From Octopus vulgaris (lineage: Eukaryota), in contig OX597835.1 in assembly GCA_951406725.2 (NCBI GenBank), forward strand, positions 20,770,001 through 20,834,000: a DNA stretch of 64,000 nucleotides. Direction: 5' to 3'. The number at the start of each line of letters is the position of its first letter. The stretch's first letter is position 1. Positions 29,522 through 43,627 of this stretch are shown piece after piece. Made by a program: the position numbers and the translations under genes. Under the pieces are notes generated by a model that searched no databases, was not told the origin of the DNA, and worked only from the letters and a program-made list of their open reading frames with translations.

Positions 29522-29683
29522 TATATATATATATATAAGTGTGTGTGTGTGTCTATGTATATATGTGTACACACACACATACACACACACACACACACAC
29601 ATACACACATATATATATATATATCATATATATGTTGTTATATTTCAGGATGTTCATTTTTGTTTGCCACACATACACACACA

Positions 29684-29718
<35 letters not shown>

Positions 29719-30011
29719 TATATATATATACTCGTTTTTCAAAGGAATTTTATTACCATTCTTACTGTCGTGTCCTTTATCTGAAATCTTTCGGTATACG
29801 TCCTCTTACTTCTTCTGCTCCTCCCCATCCCACGTGTCTCCACCTGTCCTGCTTAGTCTATTCTTGCTTTCTGAGCTGTGTATCCTTTTCTGCGCATCTG
29901 TTTGCGTCTGCATGTGTGTGTACGTGTGTGTACACGGGCGTTTGCATATGTGTCTGTGACGATGTCTCTGTGTTTAGTATGCGTCTGTATACTGTTTGTG
30001 GCCATATCCTT

Positions 30012-30428
30012 TACTCTTTTACTCTTTTACTTGTTTCAGTCATTCAACTGCGGCCATGCTGGAGCACCGCCTTTAGTCGAGCAAATCGACCCCGGGACTT
30101 ATTCTTTGTAAGCCCAGTACTTATTCTATCGGTCTCTTTTGCCGAACCGCTAGGTGACGGGGACGTAAACACAACAGCATCGGTTGTCAAGCAATGCTAT
30201 GGGGACAAACACAGACACACAAACACACACACACATACACACATATATATATATATATACATATATACGACAGGCTTCTTTCAGTTTCCGTCTACCAAAT
30301 CTACTCACAAGGCATTGGTCGGGCCGGGGCTATAGCAGAAGACACTTGCCCAAGATGCTTCGCAGTGGGACTGAACCCGGAACCATGTGGTTGGTTAGCA
30401 AGCTACTTACCACACAGCCACTCCTGCG
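30012..30428 (-). mobile_element. SINE family B
   Basis: Full-length reverse complement. Confidence 0.92.
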
Positions 30429-31450
30429 ACTATATTTAGGTTTTTTAGTTATTTATTTGCTTATTTATTTCTCCATTTTTCTCATCCCACCTGCGGTATG
30501 TGTATGAGTGTCTTGTGTGTATGTGTATATGAGTTTATGCATCCCACCACATCTATACATTCAAAGCAGTTTGCACACGGTCCTTCAGCAAAAACACATC
30601 CTGATAAGCCCATTGATTACTACTAAATTCAGGCCACGACAGACGGAGAGGATATTCTTGATGCCGAGAATGTGAAGTTACAGAGACAGCATTTACATAT
30701 CACCTGAGGAAAAACAATTAGATCTCATAATGCAGGGAAACGCTTGCATAATTAAATACTTGCAAACTTGGAGAAGTATGTTGCGTAGAAACAATTGTAG
30801 TGATTGAAAAATAAATGTCCAACTTCTTGTTGACACCAAATATTTTCAATTAAACACACACACAAACACACACACACATACACACCCACAAATACTCACA
30901 CACACATACACAAATACTCACACACACACACACACAAAATGCAGTGAGTGGCATAATTTTGTTGGCAACTTGTATCTGTTAACACAGGAAAAAAGAGTTT
31001 TTGTAGAAGCTAAACAGTTCTTATGAGGAAGAAACTCTGACACATCTTTATTATATATTCATAACACAATAGCGTAGAATGACAGACTTTGAAAATTTAA
31101 TAGATTTCATATTAAGATTGAGTCGTGTTTTCTTACAGTGAATTCATTTGTCTTATAGAAATATGCGTCGGAATATAAGTTGAAAAATGTATATTTACAA
31201 CCTAATTTGAAACAAAAAGCGCAAAGCTACACGGAATCAACTCATGCATAACTTAAACATAAGTTTGTACGGGGGCTTCCTTCTTTATTCTACATTACAC
31301 GCGTAACAAAAGGTACTGAGCATGCATTTCTGCATGATTAACTATACAATTTAATTGCTATAATTACCACATCGACTTTATGCATAGTGATACTAAATCT
31401 TGCCCTTGTCACCTATGGAGCATCCAAATTATATCTAGTATATATTTACG

Positions 31451-31755
31451 TGGAGGCACAATGGCCCAGTGGTTAGGGCAGCGGACTCGCGGTCGGAGGA
31501 TCGCGGTTTCGATTCCCAGACCGGGTGTTGTGTGTCTTTATTGAGCGAAAACACCTAAAAGCTCCACGAGGCTCCGGCAGGGGGTGGCGATCCCTGCTGT
31601 ACTCTTTCACCACCCTTTCTCCCACTCTTTCTTTTGTTGGCCTGCTCGCTTAGCCAGCGGGGTGTCGTCGTTCAAAGGTTAAAACAATGCGAACGCATTA
31701 TGACCAGCGATGTGTAGCAACATCTGATGGTCTGGTCGGTCACGTGATCACGTGT
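31451..31755 (+). mobile_element. SINE family A, tail type 2
   Basis: TSD TATATTTACGT at 31441-31451 and 31756-31766. Confidence 0.92.
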
Positions 31756-32355
31756 TATATTTACGTAGCCACTGATAGGGTATCGTTGTTTCTCATTTGT
31801 AAAATATCCCCCAGAAGAGAAGATGACTCTCTGATATCTAACGTTTACATGAGATGGTGACTGACTATGAAATATCGAGTAATATAATTCTAAACGTTCA
31901 AATAGTTCAAATAAAACAATTATAAATGATTGGTCTCATATCGAAATCGAAGTAGTCAAATAAATATCGGTTTCAAATCTTAGCACCAGGCCACCAGGTT
32001 AAAGGCAGCGAATAAGTCGCTTACATACACACACACACATGCACTGGCTCACATAACTATGCCTGCATTATGCATGTTTAATGTGTGTGTGCACCTAACA
32101 GTTCATGTTTTCATATATGTGCACTTGATTGCGGGGTTTCACTTCTTTTTCACATATTAGGGCGTCAAATTTGATACAAAGTGATGTTGTAAATTGATAG
32201 GGTCGTGTAATTATGAGTTTGTGTATATATTCATTCTGAGAATCACGCCTTGTTATCCGCTTTGAGATATATGTCGTATTTTATACACATACGTATCATA
32301 ATAGCATGAAACTATTAGTAGCACTTTCCATTGTATAATACATACATATATATAT

Positions 32356-33428
32356 ATCCTTAAAATCCTTAAAAAATGTTTTAGCCCGAAGGCCGCGGCC
32401 ATGCTGGGGCACCACCGCTGAATGAGCTACACTAAGTTTGTGAATCCACCTCTGATACGTGGCACTTGATCAACAAGGGAGTTCGATGCTGCTGCCCGCA
32501 TCCGTGTCTCCTGTCGTGTGGTAGGTTCATCTGGGACTCCCAACAAGAAGAGATCCAGTTTAGTTTTAAAGAAACCCACATCCACACCATGTAAGTCTCT
32601 CAGGCATTTAGGGAGGATGTTAAAGAGCTGTGGTCCTCTGAAACCCAAGCTGTTGCAGTATCTGGACCTGTATTTTGATGGTGATGTTGGAATCCTTGGC
32701 ACCACGCAGCGGCGCCCCGTTCTGCGGTTGGAGTAACTTTGAATGCCAAAGTTTGGGACAAGACCCTCCAAGATTTTCCAGATGTATATCACTGCATATC
32801 TCTCCCGCCTCCGCTCCAGGGAGAAGAGGTTTAATACCTTCAGTCTTTCCCAGTAGCTGACATTTTGCATTGAGACGATTTTCTTTGTGTAGCTTCTCTG
32901 AGTTGCTTCGAGTTCTGCTGTTTGTTTTATATTGTGTGGTGACCAAAGTTGGGAGCAGTAGTCCAAGCGGCTGAGGACAAATGTTTTCCATAGGACCATC
33001 AGTGTCTCCTTCTCTCTTGTTCTGAAAGTTCGGAGAATCCATCCAGCTAGCCGTCTGCATTGTATCACCAGATTAGCAATATGCATTTGGAAAGATGCAT
33101 CATTGCTCATGTCAATGCCCAGGTCACGCACTGATTTTGACTCAGGGATTGCAATTCTTCCTGGGCCAGTGTATCCAGTCTTCACGTCATTTACCTTTGT
33201 GTGCCAGTAGCGCAGGGCCTGGAACTTACCTGCATTAAACTGCATGATGTTGTCCTCAGCCCACCTGTATATTGTGTCCAGCTCATGTTGCAGATGCGCA
33301 ATATTTTCAGGGTTTTGTATTGCGTGGGAGACTTTTGTGTCATCTGCATAGCTAGCAAGGGTGGTCATCGTAGCAACTGAAGGCATGTCTGAAAGACAGT
33401 GCCCTGTGGGACACCGCTTGTTATTTGC

Positions 33429-33430
<2 letters not shown>
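32356..33430 (-). mobile_element. 5'-truncated CR1/L2/Crack-group LINE
   Basis: SGVPQGTV remnant at about 33395-33418 (out of frame after a small deletion), [35 protein letters not shown]; short 3' UTR and (TTTTAAGGAT)n tail; (TA)n on both sides. Confidence 0.93.
32427..33386 (-). CDS. LINE ORF2 fragment: RT C-terminal half and downstream domain (319 aa, stop-free)
   Basis: ORF track; [10 protein letters not shown] motif; truncated, so not an autonomous gene. Confidence 0.85.
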   Translation of the reverse strand: MPSVATMTTLASYADDTKVSHAIQNPENIAHLQHELDTIYRWAEDNIMQFNAGKFQALRYWHTKVNDVKTGYTGPGRIAIPESKSVRDLGIDMSNDASFQMHIANLVIQCRRLAGWILRTFRTREKETLMVLWKTFVLSRLDYCSQLWSPHNIKQTAELEATQRSYTKKIVSMQNVSYWERLKVLNLFSLERRRERYAVIYIWKILEGLVPNFGIQSYSNRRTGRRCVVPRIPTSPSKYRSRYCNSLGFRGPQLFNILPKCLRDLHGVDVGFFKTKLDLFLLGVPDEPTTRQETRMRAAASNSLVDQVPRIRGGFTNLV

Positions 33431-33501
<71 letters not shown>

Positions 33502-33777
33502 TTTCCACATACAGGTATACACATATATTTATGTTTATATATACATGCATATATATATATAAAACATTTCTGTACACATATATATATATATATATATATA
33601 ATATAATGTATATTTAAACACATAGAGAATCCACTTATAGGGATTCTACGCATTAGAAAGAACAGCTAAGTTCTATGACCACCAAAAATTCGGAACAAAG
33701 TTCGACAGGAAATGTAAAGTTTAATTGAATGTTTTTAATTTTAATTAAATTCCATTTCCCTTTGATGTGTTTAAATA

Positions 33778-33920
<143 letters not shown>

Positions 33921-34015
33921 TGTATGCGTGTGTGTACATCCATATATATAAACATAGATAGATGGACGCATATATTTATATACATACATATATATATCTG
34001 CATATATATATTATA

Positions 34016-34056
<41 letters not shown>

Positions 34057-35101
34057 GTGTGTGCGTGTGTGTTTGTATTAGATTCGTGCAGCACAATGTC
34101 TTTACTAACGATTTTTCAGGTGCTACATTTGGAAGATAACATTAAAGTCCATTTTAAGGATGAAGTTTGGAAGATTACCCTCCTCGATCTTCCATACATA
34201 AATAATCGCTTACCTCTCCATACGTTGTTCAAGGGTGAAGAGACGTTGACATTTCAAATATTTCTAGTGATTAAGTCTTCTATCTAAAAGTAGCTTCTTT
34301 GCGAACGCCCTCTGCAAGCCTTGTCTTTTTCCTATCAGACTACCTGTATTCTCAGTACGAAGTTGTGAGCAATAACCTAGTGTTTTCAAATCTAAGGGTG
34401 CTGATTTTTTATGTACAGACTGAGCATAATTATTGCTTCTGATGCTATGATGGTAGACAGGATCCATCCTTCGAGGCGCCTATATTTAGATTACATGATA
34501 GTAATCTATACTATAATGGAGAAAGCCGCTTACTAATTAGTATGTAACAATTCCTAAAAAGTACTAAAAGAAGGCCATATTCAACGCTTGACCATCTGGA
34601 AATATTTTTATGAATTCATGTCCTAAGAAATGGCCTATAATTTCAATTTCTGAAGTTTACTGCATTTTTAACTCCAAATTCTCGCAAATTTAAACATTCA
34701 GCATACCACTATTAACCCCCAGTTATACATTCGCTATTTCCAACATTAAAGCCACATCGCCTGAAGAAATGAACACATGAATATAATCCACCCGATGTCC
34801 ATGGATACTATGGACAGCACTGTAATCATCTCAAGAATACGGACTATGATCATAAGAAGCATGTGATATCTGGAAATGCGATGCATTAAAATAATTATAA
34901 AATTCGTAGTATGGATTATTATCGTTATTATTTTTTTTTTCCTTCTTTCTTAAAATTTTCTTCCATTTCTCGCCGAGTGATCCCCGCACAACTAGGGCAG
35001 AGAAGCTCATTGTATGCATTCCCAGATTACACACGCAAATTCACACATAAAATATATATATAAAAATTAATAAACAAATAAATTTGTTATTATTATTATC
35101 A

Positions 35102-35154
<53 letters not shown>

Positions 35155-35158
35155 GTTG

Positions 35159-35253
<95 letters not shown>

Positions 35254-35785
35254 CATTATTCAGAATTCAAAGCGTTTATATAACAACACTCAAGTGTTTG
35301 TGTTTGTTTCTGACCGTTGTGAATTATTCGTCTACTATTTGAGCATTGCGCTGATATGACGTATTGCTTTCGTCATTAAGCGTTGTCTGTTTCCGTAGGG
35401 GAATATGTTAGAGCAAGTAGGTGGTGTACACTAACGTTATACAGTATCGTTTATCACAACATATATTCAGTAATATATTGTGCGATAAAATCTTTCTTTT
35501 CTCTCTTAGTTCGATTATCATTTACACTTTGATAAACCGCTTTGACCCTTGGATATTCTACATCTGGATAATTCTGATCTTACAATAATTCGAAAGTGCA
35601 GATACTCTAAATTTCAGTTGGAGCACTGCACAAGGAGTGCCATTTGTTTTATATCCTCCTAAGGCCATACATACGTCTGTATATATGTGTGTGTTTGTGC
35701 GTGTAGACACGAGCAAGTACATATATGTGAAACAAAGTAGAGGAAATAGTACTCAAATACCAAAGGTAGAGTAAATATGTAAAAT

Positions 35786-35902
35786 CATCACAAAAAAACT
35801 GCTATTCACAGTTTCACGTTCCCGTCAGTTGTGCAGTTGTGAGCAAGCTCTTTGATCGCGGGAACGGGATCGGGAAACTCTGAATAGCAGTTTTTTGTGA
35901 TG
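35786..35902. repeat. Inverted repeat (about 30-40-bp arms) in a TA-flanked element
   Basis: CATCACAAAAAAACTGCTATTCACAGTTTC / GAAACTCTGAATAGCAGTTTTTTGTGATG. Confidence 0.85.
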
Positions 35903-35931
35903 TTTTGTGATGCAGGTTTCACAATAAAAAA

Positions 35932-36009
<78 letters not shown>

Positions 36010-36013
<4 letters not shown>

Positions 36014-36316
36014 AGGCGCAATGGCCCAGTGGTTAGGGCAGCGGACTCGCGGTAGTAGGATCGCGGTTTCGATTCCCAGACCAGGCGTTGTGAGTGTTTA
36101 TTGAGCGAAAACACCTAAAGGTCCACGAGGCTTCGGCAGGGTTGGTGGCGATCTCTGTTGTACTCTTTCGCTACAACTTTCTCTCACTCTTTCTTCTCTT
36201 GGCCTGCTCGCTTAGCCAGCGGGGTGGCGTCATTTGAAGGCTAAAAGAATGCGAAGCGAATTGTGACCAGCGATGTGTAGCAACATCTGATAGCCTGGTC
36301 GATCACGGTGATCACG

Positions 36317-36320
<4 letters not shown>
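36010..36320 (+). mobile_element. SINE family A, tail type 2
   Basis: Homologous to 31451 copy; tail GATCACGGTGATCACGGTGA. Confidence 0.9.
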
Positions 36321-36372
<52 letters not shown>

Positions 36373-36392
36373 GATAGATAGATAAATAAACA

Positions 36393-36612
36393 AGAGTGGT
36401 TTGAAACGTTGCTGGCATGAAGGGTATCACGAAAAAACTGGTTGGAAGCCCAGCCTTCCAAGTTTGCTTCCAGGGAGACTTAGAGAACAGAAGTACCACT
36501 ACAATAAATGCATGACTCTGATAGGGAAATATGTTGAATACAATTGTAAAGAACTCATCCCCTTGTATTTTCTTTTACCGAAAGCCAGGAACATTTCAGC
36601 CCCCGCCTCGTA
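36393..36612 (+). mobile_element. Mariner 3' remnant
   Basis: HYNKCMTLIGKYVEY transposase C-terminus; TIR AAGCCAGGAACATTTCAGCCCCCGCCTCG plus TA. Confidence 0.7.
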
Positions 36613-36672
36613 TACATATATACATATATATATAAATATATATATATATAAATATATATATAAATATAGTAT

Positions 36673-36903
36673 GGCGGTGAGCTGGTAGAAACGTTAGCAC
36701 GCCGGGCGAAATTCGTAGCCGTATTTCGTCTGTCGTTACGTTCCGAGTTCAAATTCCGCCGAGGTCGACTTTGCCTTTCATCCTTTCTGGGTCGATAAAT
36801 TAAGTACCAGTTATGCACTGGGGTCGATATAATCGACTTAATCCCTTTGTCTGTCCTTGTTTGTCCCCTCTGTGTTCAGCCCCTTGTGGGTAGTAAAGAA
36901 ATA
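36673..36903 (+). mobile_element. SINE family C
   Basis: Full head to GTAAAGAAAT tail. Confidence 0.9.
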
Positions 36904-36942
36904 TATATATATGTGTGTGTGTGTGTCTTTGTTTAACTGAAC

Positions 36943-37075
36943 ATCCATTATGCTAGATCTGCTATGGTCTTTCCACTAAGAAAAGAATGTTCTCAAGCAA
37001 ATTTAGCTAAATTTCCTTGGGAACATTCCTTTCTAGTGGTAAGACCATAACGGATCTTCTTCTAGCATAATGGAT
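36943..37075. repeat. 133-bp imperfect palindrome
   Basis: ATCCATTATGCTAGA...TCTAGCATAATGGAT around centre AAATTTAGCTAAATTT. Confidence 0.88.
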
Positions 37076-37928
37076 TGTCACTTACAGGTCATCCACTTAT
37101 ATGTATGTAATATAATCTTTTCTGAAACTTCAGATTTTTCAATATGCTAGAGCAGTGGTTTTAAATTGATATTAATCGAATTAAAATTCAATTTTTCACC
37201 CTTATTATTTTTAATTTATATATATATATATGTGTATGTGTATGTGTGTGTGTGTGAGCGTGCGTGTGTGTGTGTGTGTGCGTGCGTGTGTGTGTGTGTG
37301 TGTGTGTGTATAAGTGTGTGTGTGTATAAGTGCGTGTGTGTTTGTGTGTGTGTGTGTATAAGTGCGTGTGTGTGTATGCGTGTGTGTGTATAAGTGTGTG
37401 TGTGTGTATGTGTGTGTATAAGTGTGTGTGTGTGTATAAGTGTGTGTGTGTGTATAAGTGTGTATCTGTGGATAGTTTATTTGCTGTCAGTTAAGTAGTG
37501 TTCTCAATTTGTAACGGCTAATTTCTTCATGTTAAATATGCTGGCCTAGTGCCTAAATCAGATACCAATAAAATACTTCAAATTATCTTACGTTTAATGT
37601 ATCGATATTTCATATATAGAACTTCTATCAGTAGACGTTGATCTTCATTTGCTTTCTTCATCAATATTCCACTCATAGTTTTTTTTGTCTTCTTTTCTGT
37701 TCGATTTTTGTCTGCATTATTTAATATTATATCGTATTGCATTATTCTTAATTCTTTATATTTGTTTTACTTTGCATTTCTTTAACGTTGAAATCGATCA
37801 GATAAGATCGATTAATATATGTTAATAATTTTCTTTAATTTTGTATTTGCATTTTATTTGTTGTAATTGTCGTTTTATTTTCTTGCTAATGAGTGTATAT
37901 GTATACCTGTATATATCAATATATATAT

Positions 37929-37959
<31 letters not shown>

Positions 37960-38365
37960 CAAATATATATGTGCATATAAATACATACATATATATATGT
38001 ATATATATACATATATATAGCCATATATATACACATATATATGTATATATATATATATATATATACATATATACATATATATATATATATACATATATAT
38101 ACATATGTATATGCATATATGTATATATATATATGAACATATATATATATATATGCATATACATATGCATATATATGTGTATATAGAAAGGTAGCTAACT
38201 GGACAGATAGATAGATAGATATACGTACATATATACATACAAATATGAATGTGCAGAATGCGTGCATCATATACACGTATGCATGCATTTATATAAGTGT
38301 ATATATAGATATATCCATATCTGTATTCATACTCTTATCCCCCTTTCTCTCTCTCTCTCTATCTA

Positions 38366-38434
<69 letters not shown>

Positions 38435-39161
38435 CGCTGTCTATTTGTCTGTCTGTGCCTATCTGTCTTACCTGTGACTATATATTGTGATTCGCTTCTT
38501 AATTGCTTGAACACCTTATATTATCGTCTGTTTTCCCGATTATCTCGGTAAAATTACCGATTTTCCTGCACTCTAGCTTCATTTTTCCCTCCTTAACACT
38601 TTCCTCCCTAACTTTACTGATTGGGCACCCACGCAGCAATGACATCCAATTATTAATAACTATAAAACTCTTGTGAATACTACTGTTTCTGTGCCATCAA
38701 CACCTCTACCAGCAATAACATTACAGCAACAACTAACAGCAATATCATCTGATAACATTATAAGTACATCAATCATTACTTCATACCCTACCTTAACCTA
38801 ACACTTTAACTATCATTTTACTACTGCTACTACCACTTACTAAATCTATATGTTTTACTAAGGCCATTATTGCAACCAACACAATAACCCTCGGTAGGCA
38901 TCGGAAAATATACAACCAGTACAATTATACATATTTTCTTTATGATCACATCCTTATGAACGCTACTTACCTGTTCTAATACCTATTTCTTTATTACCCA
39001 CAAGGGGCTAAACACAGAGGGGACAAACAAGGACAAACATAGGTATTAAGTCGATTACATCCACCCAGTGCGTAACTGGTACTTAGTTAGACATAACAAT
39101 CTCTAATATCACTGTTTTATTGGCTTCATATTTTAGCACAAGCCCAGAAAGTTTAAAGGTA

Positions 39162-39705
39162 TCTTTTACTCTTTTATTTGCTTCAGTCATTTGACCGTGG
39201 CCATGCTAGAGCACCGTCTTTAGTCGAGCAAATCGACCCCAGGACTTATTCTTTGTAAGCCCAGTACTTATTCTATCGCTCTGTTTTGCCGAACCATTAA
39301 GTTACGGGGACGTAAACACACCAGCACGTAAACACAACCAAATTGGTTGTCAAGCGATGTTGGGGGGACAAACAGATACACAACCATATACACACACATA
39401 CATATATACGACAGGCTTCTTTCAGTTTCCGTCTACCAAATCCACTCACAAGGCTTTGGTCGGCCCGAGGCTATAGTAGAAGACACTTGCCAAGGTACTG
39501 AACCCAGAACCATGTGGTTGGTAAGCAAGCTACTTACCACAAAGCCACTCCAGTTACATCGACCCCTGTGTTCAACTAGTACTTGTTTTATCAAGCCCTA
39601 AAGAATGAGAAGAAAGTCAACCTCGGTGGAATTTGAACTCAGAATGTAAAGAATAATGAAATGCTGCAAGGTATTTTGTTCGGTGCGCTAATAATTCTGC
39701 CAACT
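39162..39705 (-). mobile_element. SINE B (39162-39550) adjoining a degenerate SINE C (39550-39705)
   Basis: Reverse-complement matches to both consensus sequences. Confidence 0.85.
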
Positions 39706-39929
39706 CTCTCCTCCTACTATCACTTCTATATTAGTCCCACACATATGCTACCGCCACCTATGTGATTGTAGCAACACTGCAAAAGCGCTAAAGATGGTGA
39801 CTGTGGAGTGAGCGGCGGTGTCGCCAGTGGTGTCGGTTGTAGTTAGTATTGGGGGTTGATTCTGTTGATAGTGTTCACATGTTTGATTTGCTGGTGATAT
39901 TAGTGGTGATTTTGTTAGTATTGCTGCTG

Positions 39930-40313
39930 TGGAGGCGCAATGGCCTAGTGGTTAGGGCAGCGGACTCGCGGTCATAGGATCGCGGTTTCGATTCCCAGAC
40001 CGGGCGTTGTGAGTGTTTATTGAGCGAAAACACCTAAAAGCTCCACGAGGCTCCGGCAGGGGATGATGGTGATCCCTGCTGTTCTCTTTCACCACAACTT
40101 TCTCTCACTCTTACTTCCTGTTTCTGTTGTACCTGTACTTCAAAGGGCTGGCCTTGTCACTCTCTGTGTCACGCTGAATATACCCGAGAACTACGTTAAG
40201 GGTGCACGTGTCTGTGGAGTGCTCAGCCACTTACACGTTAATTTCACGAGCAGGCTGTTCCGTTGATTCGGATCAACCGGAACCCTCATCGTCGTAACCG
40301 ACGGAGTGCTTCC
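39930..40313 (+). mobile_element. SINE family A, tail type 1
   Basis: TSD AGTATTGCTGCTG at 39917-39929 and 40314-40326. Confidence 0.93.
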
Positions 40314-40331
40314 AGTATTGCTGCTGCTGGT

Positions 40332-40721
40332 TTGTTTGTTTGTTTATTGAGCGAAGCGGTCTTCGTCCCAGTGCTCGCAAGATCACGCCTCTGTTGTGGG
40401 AGAAGTCCGAAACGTGGTCCTTTTTGCTATTCGTTAGACCCGCAGAAGAGAAGGCAGGTAAACCCCCGACACCGAGAGCATCGACGGATGGATGAATGCG
40501 CATCCAGGCTCAGCGCTTGCGTAGGAAGTCGGGGACAAGAAACAGGAAGAAAGTGTGAGAGAAAGTTGGAGAGAAAGAGTACAACAGGGGTCGCCACCAC
40601 CCCGTGCCGAAGCCTCTTGGAGCTTTAGGGGTCTTCGCTCAATAAACACACACAACGCCCGGTCCGGAAATCGAAATCGCGATCCACCGACCGCGAGTCC
40701 GCTGCCCTAACAATTGGGCCA
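40332..40721 (-). mobile_element. SINE family A, tail type 4, (AAAC)n end
   Basis: Family A head and body, unique tail of about 200 nt; TSD CTGCTGGT at 40324-40331 and 40722-40729. Confidence 0.88.
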
Positions 40722-41599
40722 CTGCTGGTGAATATACTATCTGTTACTTTTGCACCTGCGGTAGGGATGTCGATGATAATGACATCAAACTAGCATCACC
40801 GTCAACAGTTCCAAAGAGAACAACAATTATGTAAATACCGCGCTTTATATTTCTGCTCTTTACGTTTTTGGTCCGTGAAAGTTTCACGCCCATTGCTATC
40901 ACTGCAATTAGTTTTTATGCAATACTACCACCTCACCCTCGCCCATTCATGAAGCTATCTGTTTCACATTTATCACGATACTCATCCTCATTATCATCAT
41001 CACCACCACTACTACCGCCACCATCATCATCATCACCACTACCATTACAACCACCACCACCACCACTACCATCATCATCATCAATGCTATCACCATTAGT
41101 AACACAACCAACGCCGTCACTATGTCAACCCTCTTCTTCATCACCTATCCTACTAACACCATTGCTACTATCGAGAACAGCCACATGTGACACCACCAGT
41201 ACTTAAAGTATAATTACTAGTAATATCACATGTAGTAACAATACCAGCCAACAACAACAACACACCACCACCACTACTACCAGCGCTACCACTGTGACTG
41301 CCACAATTATAGCAAGGAACTTCATCATCAACAATAGCATCAGCATTATTAACGACAGGAAATCAACCACCACTACCGAGACTACTATTGCCTACACCAC
41401 TACTACTGCCACCAATACCATTACAATCAACACCACCACCAACACCACCACAATAATGTTGCCTATGCAGTGAAACTATCATCACAAGTATCATCGTCAT
41501 AAGCATAAACAACATTTCTGCTGCCATTACCCAAACCATCGACCCCACCACCAACGTCAACTGTATCATCAACACCAACACAATGATCACCATCAATAG

Positions 41600-42430
41600 C
41601 AGCAGCATCACCACCACAACCACCACTGTGACAACCATTTCAAGTACCACCGTCACCACCACCTCAAACACCACCGTCACCACCACCACAACCACCAAAT
41701 TCACTACCACCTCAAACACCACCGTCATCACCACCGTTACCACCACCACCGTAACTACCACCACAAGCACCACCATCACCACCACCTCAAACACCACTGT
41801 CACCACCACCTCAAACACCACCGTCACTACCACCTCCAACACCACCGTCACCACCACCATAACCACCATCGTCACTACCACCACAAGCACCACCATCTCC
41901 ACCACCACAACCACCAAAGTCACTACCACCTCAAACACCACCGTCATCACCACCGTTACCACCACCCACCGTCACCACCACACAAGCACCACCATCACCA
42001 CCACTGTCACCACCACCACAACCACCAAAGTCACTACCACCTCAAACACCACCGTCATCACCACCGTTACCACCACCATCGTCACCACCACCACAAGCAC
42101 CACCTCAAACACCACTGTCCCCACCACCTCAAACACCACCGTCACTACCACCTCCAACACCACCGTCACCACCACCATAACCACCATCGTCACTACCACC
42201 ACAAGCACCACCATCACCACCACCACAACCACCAAAGTCACTACCACCTCAAACACCACCGTCATCACCACCGTTACCACCACCATCGTCACCACCACCA
42301 CAAGCACCACCTGAAACACCACTGTCACCACCACCTCAAACACCACTGTCACCACCACCTCAAACACCACCATCACCACCACCTCAAACACCACCATAAC
42401 CCCCACCGTTACCACCACCACAACCACCAA
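41600..42430. repeat. ACC-derived minisatellite with higher-order structure
   Basis: Unit ACCACCTCAAACACCACCGTCACC and recurring longer blocks; translates as Thr-rich TTTSNTTV. Confidence 0.9.
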
Positions 42431-43527
42431 CAACTCAAACAGGATCAGCGTCAGCAACACGCTATCACCACCATCACCAGCATCATCAACACCACCCAAA
42501 CGACCATCGCAACCACCACGACCACCAGAGGTAATTACAATGAATCTACCCTTACCATGAATACCATCCCAATCACCATCACAATCGCCACAACCAGCAT
42601 CACCTACAACAAGAACACTGTCACTATCATCACCAACACCAACATCACCAACATCACCACTACCATAACAAACAACTCAACTAACACCACCACCAGCACA
42701 ACCGAGAACACCACCACCACAAACATCATCACCACCATCGCCACCATCGCAACCACAACCATCACAAGCACCACCGCCGCTACCATTATTCAACAAAACA
42801 GAAACGTCGATACCGTATACCACCGCTACCACTACTGCCACCAACATCGCAACCACCACCGCAACCACCAGCATAGGAAACAGCATCACTATTATCGCAT
42901 GACCTCTAACAACAACACGCCAGCAGCACCACCACTGCCGCCGCCGCCGCCAACGACCTCAGCAACAGTAACAAGAACGATAAAGACAACAACAAAAATA
43001 CAACATACAACAACAACAACAACAACAACGACACTATGGAGCACTATATTTCGGTTGTTTACGTCTTTGAACCAGTAGAAAGATATATAAAAGTCAATGA
43101 AACGATGTTATCTTTATTTGGCAAGGTCAAAATATTTCTTAAGGAGACGTATTTATCGATCTTTGATCAGATGTGATAAAATGAGATGAAGAAGGTGTGA
43201 AATAAATATTGATTTCTGATAAAGGCACAAGAACAAGTTATCTAGGTGATAGGTTTTGGCGATTCAGATAGAATTAAGTGTATAACTAACAGCATAAATC
43301 TAGCGATTAATTAAACGTTATTTTTTAATTCTTTTGCGCGCGGTTTTCAATATGTATGACCCCTTAACTTAATTATTAAAATCCATGCCGTTGGTCCATA
43401 TCAGATGTTTCCCTTAGAAAATTTTTATTTTTAATTACGCAAACTATACTAGCCAAAACTTATTCATGGCTCCTTTCTTTTACGTAAATATATGTGTGTC
43501 GACTCTTCGGCTGACCTGGCTAAATTG

Positions 43528-43571
43528 GACAATGCTGATGAGGTTTAATAGACAGAAACTTGTGCATAGTC
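43528..43571 (+). ncRNA. Type I hammerhead motif (slightly decayed)
   Basis: GACAATG-CTGATGA-G-GTTT-AAT-AGAC-A-GAAAC-TT-GTG-CATAGTC; helix I 6/7 paired. Confidence 0.6.
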
Positions 43572-43627
43572 TTCCCTTGTCCACAAAAGAAGATAAGACA
43601 AAATTGGGATTGAAGAAAGGAAGAGAG

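Noticed and set aside
32518-33060. Alternative-frame ORFs over the LINE
   Set aside because: Shadows of the RT frame.
34120-34480. Possible very old Penelope RT remnants
   Set aside because: Only vague motif similarity (ITLLDL, SVHKKS).
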